Source: Nitrososphaeria archaeon
Lineage (GTDB): Archaea > Thermoproteota > Nitrososphaeria > Nitrososphaerales > JACAEJ01
Reading direction: 5' to 3'
Length of the DNA: 64,000 bases
Assembly (NCBI GenBank): GCA_029775925.1
Contig: JARVKB010000009.1
Span: 11,283 to 75,282, forward strand
Both the position numbers and the translations under genes were made by a program. Positions within the stretch are counted from its first letter, which is position 1, and each line of letters opens with the position of its first letter. This document shows positions 19,218 through 28,624 of the stretch, one piece after another. The notes under the pieces were generated by a model that was given only the letters and a program-made list of their open reading frames with translations, ran no database searches and had not been told where the DNA came from.

Positions 19218-19262
19218 ACTATCCTTAATTTCAGATTCGAATATAAAAAGTAATTTGTATGA

Positions 19263-19718
19263 TTAAGATAAATTATATACAGGCTCCTTTAACCTTTTTC
19301 TCATTTCTATAAAGGTCTCAGTATGCAATATACCATTTATTTTACCTATCTTCTCAGATACAATTTTATGTAATTCATCTAAAGATTTTGCTCTAACTGA
19401 AACGATCAGATCGAATCTCCCCGTAACCTCAGAAATTTCTTTTACTTCTGGTAGGTCAGATAGATCGTCAAGGATTTTATACCTTAGTCTTGAATCTATA
19501 TCCACTCCTATCACGGCAGTTACTAAATAGCCCAACGCTTCCTCGTTCACTGTTACAGTGAAATTCTTAATTATGCCTCTTTTCAATAGTCTCTTGATCC
19601 TACTGTATACTACGGAAGGGTTAAGGTTGATCTTTTTGCTCAGCTTCGGGATAGAAAGATTTGCATCCTTAACTAGTTCTGCCAGTATTCTCATGTCTAT
19701 ATTGTCGATTTTCCCCAT
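19263..19718 (-). CDS. Lrp/AsnC-family transcriptional regulator
   Basis: IDNIDMRILAELVKDANLSIPKLSKKINLNPSVVYSRIKRL HTH plus a C-terminal RAM domain. I preferred the ATG at 19718 over the TTG at 19745. Confidence 0.85.
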   Translation of the reverse strand: MGKIDNIDMRILAELVKDANLSIPKLSKKINLNPSVVYSRIKRLLKRGIIKNFTVTVNEEALGYLVTAVIGVDIDSRLRYKILDDLSDLPEVKEISEVTGRFDLIVSVRAKSLDELHKIVSEKIGKINGILHTETFIEMRKRLKEPVYNLS

Positions 19719-19908
19719 GCCTACACCTTCTTCAATACAACTCAATAAATTCGACTTAATAAACTTAATTTTTCAATTAAAATAAAGATAAACCAAAATA
19801 TTCTTTTTTATTATAACTTAATAATAAAGAAAATAGCAACTAATAAAAAAATTTTGAAATAAGTAAATTTAAAAGAATTTAAGTCATGATTTGATCATTT
19901 TAATTGGT

Positions 19909-20039
<131 letters not shown>

Positions 20040-20046
20040 ATTAAAA

Positions 20047-20059
20047 TTTTATCTTTTTT
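20047..20059 (+). terminator. Oligo-T tracts downstream of the tRNA (candidate archaeal terminator)
   Basis: TTTT at 20047..20050 and TTTTTT at 20054..20059, directly after the tRNA 3' end. Both overlap the 3' end of the convergent HD gene. Confidence 0.3.
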
Positions 20060-20609
20060 CTTCGATACTTCTCCCGACTATTTCCTCCGGGTCGCAGTTC
20101 AACAATCTTGTTAGCTCATTCTTTAATCCTATTATCCTTTTTACTACATCGTGATCGTAACCTAACTCTTCCCTAAGTTTATCTAATGTTTTTTCGAGAG
20201 GGACCACATCGTTTACCTCGACTATCTTATCAGCAAAACAAACTATCTTCTCTTCCAAAGATTCTGGCACATAAATTCCATCTGGTAAACCGAGCTTCTT
20301 AGCCTCTTCGTTCGATATTCCCCCTCCTACGTGCCTTTCTGCAATTCTGGCTATCCTCTCATCTATACCTCTTTCCCTTAAAAGCTTCCCACCTAAATAG
20401 CCATGAAGAGCAGAATGAGTCTTAACTCTTCCAATATCATGTAACAATCCCCCTATCTTAACCAAATCTAAATCAACACAATAGCCTCTCTCTTTAAGTG
20501 CCAAAACCAATATAGTCGAGACTTCACTCACGGTCATGCTATGCTTTATAAGATTTTCAGGGCTCTTTTCTTTCTTCAAAAGATTTATGGCTTCTTGCTC
20601 ATCTATCAC
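20049..20609 (-). CDS. HD/HDIG-domain phosphohydrolase
   Basis: GGLLHDIGR and AERHVGGG are HD-domain motifs. Confidence 0.75.
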   Translation of the reverse strand: MIDEQEAINLLKKEKSPENLIKHSMTVSEVSTILVLALKERGYCVDLDLVKIGGLLHDIGRVKTHSALHGYLGGKLLRERGIDERIARIAERHVGGGISNEEAKKLGLPDGIYVPESLEEKIVCFADKIVEVNDVVPLEKTLDKLREELGYDHDVVKRIIGLKNELTRLLNCDPEEIVGRSIEEKR

Positions 20610-20663
20610 ACTTTTTCATCCTAGTTTAGTTTAAATTATCTTATATAAATAATTTCAAACAAG

Positions 20664-21200
20664 CTAACCTTTTTTAGCATTCTCCATTTCTTCCATTATC
20701 TCCTTTATCTTCCATTCAATTGCCTTCTTTATTTCGCTATTGTCTATCTGACCAAGGATTCTTCCACAGTTGGGGCACCTAAAAAATATCTCCATGGACT
20801 CTTCAAATGTCCTTTTCGGACAAGTAAGGGAACCACAATGATAAAAATCATGACTATTCTCATAAACCAGCTTTTCTTTAAGCCTAATTAAGGCTTTTTT
20901 CTTCTGAGTTTCTATAAAGCTATCTGTTTGATCTCTTTGAGCTTTCCATCTATAAACGAACCAACCCTTCTTTAAGTCACGAACTCTTACCCCAGTGATA
21001 AGAGATCTTCCGAATAGATCATATAAAGCCTTCCTAACAATATTTATCTTTAATCCTGTAGCACTGGCGATTTCCTCATCTGTTGCATTTTCATTGTTAA
21101 GCAAAGCTCTTGCAACTTTTACGTAATCTTCACCACCTATCAGGCCAGATATCTTTACGAAAGCATCTTCGTACTCGATCCTTGAGTGCTTGCTCATCAT
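20664..21200 (-). CDS. tfe: Transcription factor E (TFE alpha)
   Basis: An N-terminal winged helix (TDEEIASATGLKINIVRKALYDL) is followed by a zinc ribbon (YHCGSLTCP...FRCPNCG). Confidence 0.75.
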   Translation of the reverse strand: MMSKHSRIEYEDAFVKISGLIGGEDYVKVARALLNNENATDEEIASATGLKINIVRKALYDLFGRSLITGVRVRDLKKGWFVYRWKAQRDQTDSFIETQKKKALIRLKEKLVYENSHDFYHCGSLTCPKRTFEESMEIFFRCPNCGRILGQIDNSEIKKAIEWKIKEIMEEMENAKKG

Positions 21201-21306
21201 TCTGTTTCTCTCCTTAAAAGGTTTTGTTTGAAATTTAAAGGGTTATAGGATGGCACATTCTTATTTATGTTAAGATCCGCTTTTAAAACTTTCTTCATAA
21301 TAATTT

Positions 21307-21855
21307 TTAGCTATCAATTATCCTCTCAATTTTTTTACCTCTTTTCATAGGAATTATCTTTAACTTTGCTCCTTTAAATTCTTTAGATAACTCTTTTCCC
21401 TCAAAATAACGGTCTAAGAATATCGCTAAAGCCGAGCATTCAGAGTGAGGCTCATTACCAATAGCAACGTTAAAATCAGAAACATCTTCAGAGTAAAATT
21501 CTGACGGAACTTTCTGACTGCCCACAATCACCATCACATCCTTGCCTGATGACTTTATTCTTTTCATTACATCGCTAGTCTCTATGTTTTCACCATAAGC
21601 TGTTAAATGAACGATAATACCACCTTTTTCTCTCCATTCTTTTACCGCTGTTCTCCATGGCACACCCATCTTAAAGAAGAAGGGGCCGCCAAACCTCTCT
21701 ACAACTTTCTCAATAGTATTTTTAATATCTTTATCCTCTACATCAGATAGTATTGCCCCAGATGCACCAAGAGCTCTAGCTGTTAGGATAACATGTGTAG
21801 TTAATCTCTCGTCTCTTAATCTATGTCCCCATCTTAGGACTACAACTTCTGCCAT
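21307..21855 (-). CDS. trm56: tRNA (cytidine56-2'-O)-methyltransferase Trm56 (SPOUT)
   Basis: VVLRWGHRLRDERLTTHVILTARALGASG N-terminus as in aTrm56. Confidence 0.8.
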   Translation of the reverse strand: MAEVVVLRWGHRLRDERLTTHVILTARALGASGAILSDVEDKDIKNTIEKVVERFGGPFFFKMGVPWRTAVKEWREKGGIIVHLTAYGENIETSDVMKRIKSSGKDVMVIVGSQKVPSEFYSEDVSDFNVAIGNEPHSECSALAIFLDRYFEGKELSKEFKGAKLKIIPMKRGKKIERIIDS

Positions 21856-22261
21856 TCCATTAAATTAATCAAGATTCGATCTGCTTAAACTTTCCATTAT
21901 TATTTAATGAGATATTTGCATTTATGACCAAACCTTTTGAAGTTTTTCTATCTATAGACTTAATTTAGAAAGTGTTCAAATGATAAACTTTTGAGAATAT
22001 TAACATTGAAAATTAAGACAGCTTAGTTCTAATCTTTACCTTTATTATCTTTATTCTGAAAAAGATCGATATATTCCCCTAATAATTATGTGCGTTATCT
22101 TCCTATAATAAGATTAAGAGATGAAGACCAAAAGCTGAAATTAAGATTCTTTACACGATTTTAAAATAGGAAAAATTTTAATGAACTTTAGAGGAGATTA
22201 CAATCGACTAAAGAAGGATTGAAGTTTTATCTTTGAAAGAAAATTATTTGACAAGACAATC

Positions 22262-23692
22262 TTAAGATAATATATGCATAACTTTTTCCCAATATCTCTC
22301 ATTAAAGCTACAACTTGGGTCAGGTCCTTGTAAGTCATTGAAGTATGCATAAGCTCTTGCCCTGCATCCTCCACATACGTATTTATATTCACATTCTCCA
22401 CATCCTTTGAAAAGCTCCCTGTTTCTTATTTGCTTTAAGATTTTTGATTCTCTCCAGATTTTGACTAGGCTTTGCTCTCGAATGTTTCCTAATTTTATAG
22501 GTATGAAGACACATGGTTCAATATCTCCGTTTGGTTCCATGCCACAATAAAGGCGGCCAGCACCACAACCTCCAATAAATTCTGTCAGTGATTTTGTCCT
22601 TCCCCTAAGCATTTCCATAACAGCTTTGTTTGTGAAATGTGTTGCTATCAATGGACCAAAAGCAAACTTGTATGATGTTACTGCATATTGAGGAGCTGTA
22701 GAAAACACATCTAATTTACAATCTTTATCAATAAGCTTTGAATAAAGAAACTCTAATAATTCTTCTCTTTCTTTTGGTGTTAAATCTTGATTTATTATCT
22801 CTTTTCCTCTGCATATTGGAATGAAGTTAAACGCTATGAACCTTTTCACATGTAGTTCATTCTCGATAAATTCTAAAAATTTGGGTATTTCTTTAAGATT
22901 GTAATGAGTTATTGTTGTTGCAACACAAGTATCCAATCCAACCTTAACACAGTTTTTTATTCCTTCTACAGCCCTTTCCCAAGCTCCTGATATTCCTCTA
23001 AATTCATCGTGAGTATTCTTAAATCCATCTAAAGAAATCTCAACGTATTGAATACCTATATCTTTCATCTTTTTTGCAACTTTTTCATTAATCAATGTTC
23101 CATTTGAAGCAACAGAAACATAAAATTCTCTTTCAGCAGCATACTTAGCTACCTCAAAGAAGTCTTCTCTTACTAATGGTTCTCCTCCAGAGAACGAAAG
23201 AAAGACCACACCAGCACTTATAAAATCCTCTATAGCTTTTTTTGCTTCTTCGGTTGTTAATTCATCAGGCATAGGTTTTAATTCTGCATTTTCATAGCAG
23301 TGTTTACATTTCAAGTTACATTGCTTTGTAAAATTCCATACTACAAGAAATGGTGCAGCTGTTGTTTGAGGTCTTTGAATACCATAATAGCCTATACCCT
23401 CGAGAATGTTTGCAATACCTCTCCTTACTACAGGATTTTTTAAAGATTCTACTAATTGCTCTTTTAAAACGCCAAAGGATTCAGAACCTTTATCTAAAGC
23501 TAACTTAACTATGAAATAAGCTAATTTTTCTTGAAGGCTTAATTTTTCATTCCCACCAGCATATTTCTTCAGAGCACGCTCTAATTTGCTACCTTTTTCT
23601 GTTCTTTTTGAGATCCATCTTAACAAAATTCTTAAAATAGGATTGCCAAGCCATGTCTTAACAGTGTTTACAACTAAATCTGCCTCATGCAT
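22262..23692 (-). CDS. Radical SAM/SPASM-domain enzyme with an N-terminal extension of about 110 aa, substrate unknown
   Basis: FTKQCNLKCKHCY cluster motif. The C-terminal SPASM-like Cys pattern is CGAGRLYCGMEPNGDIEPCVF ... CGECEYKYVCGGCRARAY. Confidence 0.8.
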   Translation of the reverse strand: MHEADLVVNTVKTWLGNPILRILLRWISKRTEKGSKLERALKKYAGGNEKLSLQEKLAYFIVKLALDKGSESFGVLKEQLVESLKNPVVRRGIANILEGIGYYGIQRPQTTAAPFLVVWNFTKQCNLKCKHCYENAELKPMPDELTTEEAKKAIEDFISAGVVFLSFSGGEPLVREDFFEVAKYAAEREFYVSVASNGTLINEKVAKKMKDIGIQYVEISLDGFKNTHDEFRGISGAWERAVEGIKNCVKVGLDTCVATTITHYNLKEIPKFLEFIENELHVKRFIAFNFIPICRGKEIINQDLTPKEREELLEFLYSKLIDKDCKLDVFSTAPQYAVTSYKFAFGPLIATHFTNKAVMEMLRGRTKSLTEFIGGCGAGRLYCGMEPNGDIEPCVFIPIKLGNIREQSLVKIWRESKILKQIRNRELFKGCGECEYKYVCGGCRARAYAYFNDLQGPDPSCSFNERYWEKVMHILS

Positions 23693-24192
23693 TTTATCTT
23701 CCTCTCAAATTGTTTATCAATAATTCCACCTCATTTTTACGAAAACAAAATTTTTGTTTTTTAACCATTTTAGAACAATTCTCTATCTCAGATAAAAAGC
23801 TTATGTATACTTTTTATAAAAGCCTTAAGCTCTTTTTTAGATATATTCTTCTTAATTTTAATATCGGTTCAATAATCGTGTAATTAGACCGATCCTTCAT
23901 GAGTAATAAATCGTTCTTTAATGTATAATCATAAATCGGAGTTCTAAGTTGGGAGAGTATTGGAACTCAGCGTAATCAAGATTTAAGCTCTTATAAATTT
24001 TATCGTTTGCTTGATTGTTTCTACTATGTCTTGTAGGAAACCTATTATAAAAGAAACTGAATTTTAGCATCCTCATTATCTAGTGATTTCAAATGATAAA
24101 GATAGATTCAAACTTGCTAGCTTTTATTGAGCGTAAAAATCTATTCTGGAAAACGTAGTTGACTTTTCTAGCAATCAATCTTATGATATATA

Positions 24193-25320
24193 TCATAAAA
24201 GAGCAGATTTAGTTAGAGAGCGAGTATAAATCATCTCGTTTATTTTAGATATTAACATATCTATTCCATAGCTAGTTTTAGCAGAAGTTATCACAACATC
24301 CTCAGGAATCATATTAAGAACTTTCATCTTCTCTTTAATTTCATCCATATTTGTAAGATCGAATTTATTGAAAATAGGAAGAATGTTCAAAGGAGAGACG
24401 CCAAGCTCGGCAAGGATGTTCACACAACTTTGATACTTTCTTATCATATTTTCAAGAGGCTCACTAGCATCTATTACTAAAAGAATTAAATTAGCATAAG
24501 TCAATTCTTCTAAAGTTGCTTTGAAGGCTTCTATCATGTATGGTGGAAGCCTACTTATGAAACCAACTGTATCTGATATTAATACTTTTGATTCTGATAG
24601 CTTTAAGCTTCTTGTAGTAGTTGTGAGAGTAGTAAAGAGACCTTTACCAATATCCTTACTCTCTCTTACTAATATGTTGAATAAACTCGTTTTACCAGCT
24701 CCTGTATAGCCTGCAAAAGAGATTAGAGGTAAGTTTACTTTAAGCCTTTTAGATCTGTAAAGTTCACGCCTTTTGCTAACTTGCTTCAATTTTTTCATTA
24801 TTACTGCTATTCTTCTTCTTATCATCCTATAATAATCATCTACATCATATCTTCCTAGACCAAAGAAGCCTGGTTGCTCCCCAATTTTAGCTAGCCTTAC
24901 TTTTTCTCTAGCTCTAGGTATTTCATACTTTAGCTCAGCAAGTTGAACTTGCAGTTTTGCTTCTGCACTAGAAGCTCTTTTGTTGAATATCTCAAGAATT
25001 AATCTCTCTCTATCAATGACTTCTACCCCAGTAAGCTTTGCAAGATTATATATTTGAACAGATCTTAGTTTTTCATCAAAAAGGATTGCATCGATATTTA
25101 TACCCTTTATCATATTTTTTAACTCTTCAGCCTTTCCTGAACCTATACCGTACTTTGCCCTTAGAAGATACTTTTGAGTTACTAACTTGATTACTTTATA
25201 ATCCGCTGCCTCAGCTAAGCCTAAGGCTTCTTGTATTACAAATTTATCAGGATATGTTACAAGTATTGCTTTCTTCAAGTAATTTATTCTATTCTTTATG
25301 CATAAGATAAACGTTATCAT
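24193..25320 (-). CDS. hflX: GTPase HflX
   Basis: HflX N-domain (AELKYEIPRAREK..., coiled linker) plus a G-domain (AGYTGAGKTSLFN, SDTVGFI, NKFD). Confidence 0.85.
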   Translation of the reverse strand: MITFILCIKNRINYLKKAILVTYPDKFVIQEALGLAEAADYKVIKLVTQKYLLRAKYGIGSGKAEELKNMIKGINIDAILFDEKLRSVQIYNLAKLTGVEVIDRERLILEIFNKRASSAEAKLQVQLAELKYEIPRAREKVRLAKIGEQPGFFGLGRYDVDDYYRMIRRRIAVIMKKLKQVSKRRELYRSKRLKVNLPLISFAGYTGAGKTSLFNILVRESKDIGKGLFTTLTTTTRSLKLSESKVLISDTVGFISRLPPYMIEAFKATLEELTYANLILLVIDASEPLENMIRKYQSCVNILAELGVSPLNILPIFNKFDLTNMDEIKEKMKVLNMIPEDVVITSAKTSYGIDMLISKINEMIYTRSLTKSALL

Positions 25321-25403
25321 AAGCTATTAAACTACTTAATATTTCTGAGAATAGTAAGGCATAAAGAATATATGAAAACAATTGTTGTAGATTTTGATAA
25401 AAT

Positions 25404-26426
25404 TTGGAAGGAATTAGCCCAAAAAGAAGGGTACTTGCAGCATTAAAAGGTGAAAAGATAGATAGACCTCCTGTAACTTCTATTGGGGGATGTGAAGGTA
25501 TGTTAACAGTAGATGTTCAGAAAGCTACAGGAATTTATTTACCATACGCTCATAAAGATTCTGAAAAGATGGCTAAGCTTGCTATAGCAAGTCAGAAATT
25601 AACAGGATTTGAAAATGTTAGAGTTCCTTTTGATTTTGTTGTAGAGCCTGAAGCTTTAGGTTGTGAGATTAAATGGCCTGATAAAATAGACCAAGAGTTA
25701 ACGATATTGACTCATAAATATAAAACGCCAGATGAGTTAGTTTGGCCAGAGAATCTACTTGAGAAGGGCAGGATTCCCATCATACTAGAAACCATCAGGA
25801 CTATTAAAAAAGAAGTAGGAGATACTCTCCCTGTTGCAAGCTTTATGGCTGGACCTTTCACTCTTGGTGGAGGACTTACAGGAACAACTAACCTATTAGT
25901 CTGGACACTTAAAAATCCTTATTATGTAGAAAAATTTGTAGAGTTTAGTACAGACATCGTTCTGGAGTATGCTAAGGCTCAGTATAGCGCAGGTTCAGAT
26001 ATAGTGACAATATGCGAACCTAATGCATCTTGTGATATGATAGATCCAAGAATGTTTAAAACTTATGTCAAACCAGCATTAATAAGGATAGCTGAAGAAT
26101 TAAAAGGGTTAAAAGTCCTACATATATGTGGGAAGGTTGGACCTATTATACAAGATATGGCTGATTGTGGCTTTGATGGGATAAGCATAGAAGAGGCTAT
26201 TGATGTAAAAAGAATCAAAAATTTGATAGGGGATGTTAAAATTTTAGGTTACATTCAATCCAAAAACCTAGCTCTAAACACTCCAAATGCTATAAAAGAA
26301 GAAGTTAAAAAGGCTTTACAATCTGGTGTCGACTTATTAGAAGCAGGAGAAGGAATTTTATTACCAACTCCATTAGATAATATAAGAGCTATGGTTGAAG
26401 TAGTTAAAGAATGGAAAATTGATTAA
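25404..26426 (+). CDS. Uroporphyrinogen-decarboxylase-family methyltransferase (MtaA/CmuA-like)
   Basis: N-terminal RRVLAALKGEKIDRPPV and C-terminal HICG...ISIEE resemble MtaA/MtbA-type methylcobamide methyltransferases. TTG start. Confidence 0.65.
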   Translation: MEGISPKRRVLAALKGEKIDRPPVTSIGGCEGMLTVDVQKATGIYLPYAHKDSEKMAKLAIASQKLTGFENVRVPFDFVVEPEALGCEIKWPDKIDQELTILTHKYKTPDELVWPENLLEKGRIPIILETIRTIKKEVGDTLPVASFMAGPFTLGGGLTGTTNLLVWTLKNPYYVEKFVEFSTDIVLEYAKAQYSAGSDIVTICEPNASCDMIDPRMFKTYVKPALIRIAEELKGLKVLHICGKVGPIIQDMADCGFDGISIEEAIDVKRIKNLIGDVKILGYIQSKNLALNTPNAIKEEVKKALQSGVDLLEAGEGILLPTPLDNIRAMVEVVKEWKID

Positions 26427-26511
26427 AATCTTCTAAACAAATAACTTAAATTGCCTCGATTACATTCTAAAAATAAAATCTTAAGAGTTTAAAATTATTA
26501 GATTAAATGAT

Positions 26512-27081
26512 TTGGAAAAAGAAGGTATAATTAATTTCATTAAACTAATAGGCAATTTGAAGAATATAAAAAGGGCAGGATGGATGGAAAAGGTAGGAAT
26601 TAAAGAACCAGAATCTATAGCAGATCATTCCTTTAGAACTGCAATTCTTTGCATGCTTTTTGGAGATATGAAAAAACTCAATACATTAAAGATGTTAAAG
26701 ATGGCTTTAATTCATGATGTATGTGAATCTATAATTGGAGATTTAATACATCCTAAGGATGAGAAAGAGGAATTAAGAAAAAGAAATTTAGAGAATAATG
26801 CTATGATGAAAATTTTATCCTTATTACCAAAGGATATTAGAAGAAAATACTCTAAAATTTGGAAAGAATTTCAAGATGGAGTATCGATAGAAGCAAAAAT
26901 CGTAAAAGAAATGGATAAGCTTGAGATGGCTTTTCAAGCTTTAGAGTATGAGGAGAAAGGATATAGTAAAGAAAAGTTATTAGAGTTTTGGGATACAGTA
27001 GAAAATTATATATCTGATTATGATGCTAAAACTATATTTAATATTCTTAAAAGGCAAAGTATGGGTAAGCAAATCTCATAA
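26512..27081 (+). CDS. HD-domain 5'-deoxynucleotidase-like protein (YfbR/HDDC2 family)
   Basis: LKNIKRAGWMEKVGIKEPESIADHSFRTAILCM ... ALIHDVCESIIGD is the YfbR-like pattern. Confidence 0.7.
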   Translation: MEKEGIINFIKLIGNLKNIKRAGWMEKVGIKEPESIADHSFRTAILCMLFGDMKKLNTLKMLKMALIHDVCESIIGDLIHPKDEKEELRKRNLENNAMMKILSLLPKDIRRKYSKIWKEFQDGVSIEAKIVKEMDKLEMAFQALEYEEKGYSKEKLLEFWDTVENYISDYDAKTIFNILKRQSMGKQIS

Positions 27082-27570
27082 TAATTATTCAATTAAAAAT
27101 TCCCATTTACATCAATAGCCCTGAGGTTTAGAATCTGGTACCTTAAATTCCGAATACTTTTAGAAAGTTCTCTAAAAATTTTTGCTGCATAACCTTGCAT
27201 GGAAAGATTTGCCTACTGTTTTTCAATCTTGCTTCTTGTGGAGGATACTTATCAGCTAAGATTACAGCTCTATTACTTGAATATTATTATCTTCCAATTA
27301 GCTATTATCAATGGAAAGTATCTCAAAGCCTCCAATAAACTCTCTAAATTTCCCTTCTTAATGCTCATATGATTAACAATATCTCTCGCTGAAACTTCGC
27401 CCAAATCCCTTCATCAAGTTTTGAAGCTATTTCTAATACAAAATTATCTCCAATTTTAAGAAGCCAGTATTGCGTCTACAAGCCTATAATGCCTTAGCAG
27501 AAAACCATAAATTGGGAATTAAACATGCTTCTATCAACTAAAGCGATGTAAGCACTTAAAAAATCTTCCT
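27082..27570 (-). pseudogene. Possible decayed gene remnant (PIN/VapC-like is only a guess)
   Basis: A 489-bp ORF-free gap. The minus strand gives stop-interrupted fragments in alternating frames: LSAYIALVDRSMFNSQFMVFC*, TQYWLLKIGDNFVLEIASKLDEGIWAKFQREILLII*, HMSIKKGNLESLLEALRYFPLIIANWKIIIFK*, ANLSMQGYAAKIFRELSKSIRNLRYQILNLRAIDVNGNF*. Confidence 0.25.
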
Positions 27571-28563
27571 TCACTTCCTTTTAGGAGTATCTTCAGGTGG
27601 ATCGTCAATTCCTTTCTCACTTAGAATAAATACAGCTTCTCTTTCAGGATGGTAGGGACTATCCATCATTCTTGCTATCCTATTCTTACCGGCCTTCCTT
27701 AAATAAATTCTGTAAGTGCTTGTATGAGCAACTACATGCCCACCTGTGGGTTTTGATGGATCGCCGAAGAATATATCAGGAGCTGCTTGGACCTGATTTG
27801 TTACTACTACTGCTAAATTGTGGAATTCAGCCATTCTTAATAAATTATGCATGAATCTGTTTAGTCTTTGTTGCCTCTCTGCCAAGGTTCCTCTACCTAA
27901 GAACTCAGCCCTATAATGAGCTACAGCAGAATCTACGATTAGAAGCCTTATTTTATCCTTCTCTATTATTCGCCCAACCTCTCTTACTATAAGCTCTTGA
28001 TGGGCACTATTATACGCCTTTGCCACTATTATCTTACTAAGGATTTCCTCAGGATCTAAACCATGGTTTTCTGATATCTCCACTATCCTCTCAGGTCTGA
28101 AGGTATTCTCAGTATCAACATAAATGGCTCCAGAATTTAATCCTCCTTGCTCTTTTGGCATCTGAACTTTAACACATAAAGTATGGCATATCTGAGTCTT
28201 TCCTGAACCGAATTCCCCATAAAATTCTGTTACTGCTTGAGTTTCAATTCCTCCTCCCAATAAATCGTCAAGATTTCTTGACCCAGTGCTTATTCTATCA
28301 ATGGATTGGCGCTTCTTGTAAAGTTCAGTAGCAGATACAAACTCTTTTTCAAGCCTTCCTAATTCTACTAACTTTGCCCTTGCCTTATTGATAAGATCTA
28401 TGGCTTTACTTAAATCGATATTAACTGCATCAGCGATTTCCGATGGCCCTCTAGATACTAGATCCAGTATATTATATATTCCAGCTGCTGTAAGCTTCTG
28501 CTTTGTTGCTGGCCCTATACCATCAAGAGATTCGAGCTCTATTTCCTTTTCACTCATGCTCAT
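27571..28563 (-). CDS. radA: DNA repair and recombination protein RadA
   Basis: N-terminal HhH (LDGIGPATKQKLTAAGI), Walker A GEFGSGKTQ, Walker B LLIVDS. This is the typical RadA/Rad51 layout. Confidence 0.9.
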   Translation of the reverse strand: MSMSEKEIELESLDGIGPATKQKLTAAGIYNILDLVSRGPSEIADAVNIDLSKAIDLINKARAKLVELGRLEKEFVSATELYKKRQSIDRISTGSRNLDDLLGGGIETQAVTEFYGEFGSGKTQICHTLCVKVQMPKEQGGLNSGAIYVDTENTFRPERIVEISENHGLDPEEILSKIIVAKAYNSAHQELIVREVGRIIEKDKIRLLIVDSAVAHYRAEFLGRGTLAERQQRLNRFMHNLLRMAEFHNLAVVVTNQVQAAPDIFFGDPSKPTGGHVVAHTSTYRIYLRKAGKNRIARMMDSPYHPEREAVFILSEKGIDDPPEDTPKRK

Positions 28564-28624
28564 TTAATTATCTATCTAGATAGATATTAATGTTAACCTT
28601 TCTTAAATGTAATGAGAAAAGGGA

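Noticed and set aside
19746-19908. Extremely AT-rich 160-bp spacer between the Lrp gene and the tRNA, considered as a replication origin/DUE.
   Set aside because: I could find no ORB or mini-ORB repeats and no adjacent orc1/cdc6. Two divergent promoters explain it more simply.
21856-22261. Possible C/D-box sRNA or other ncRNA in the long gaps (also 23693..24192 and 56659..56943).
   Set aside because: I found no canonical RUGAUGA...CUGA box pairs, no GC-rich structured island like the one marking the tRNA, and no convincing stems by eye. The gaps are left as unexplained non-coding sequence.
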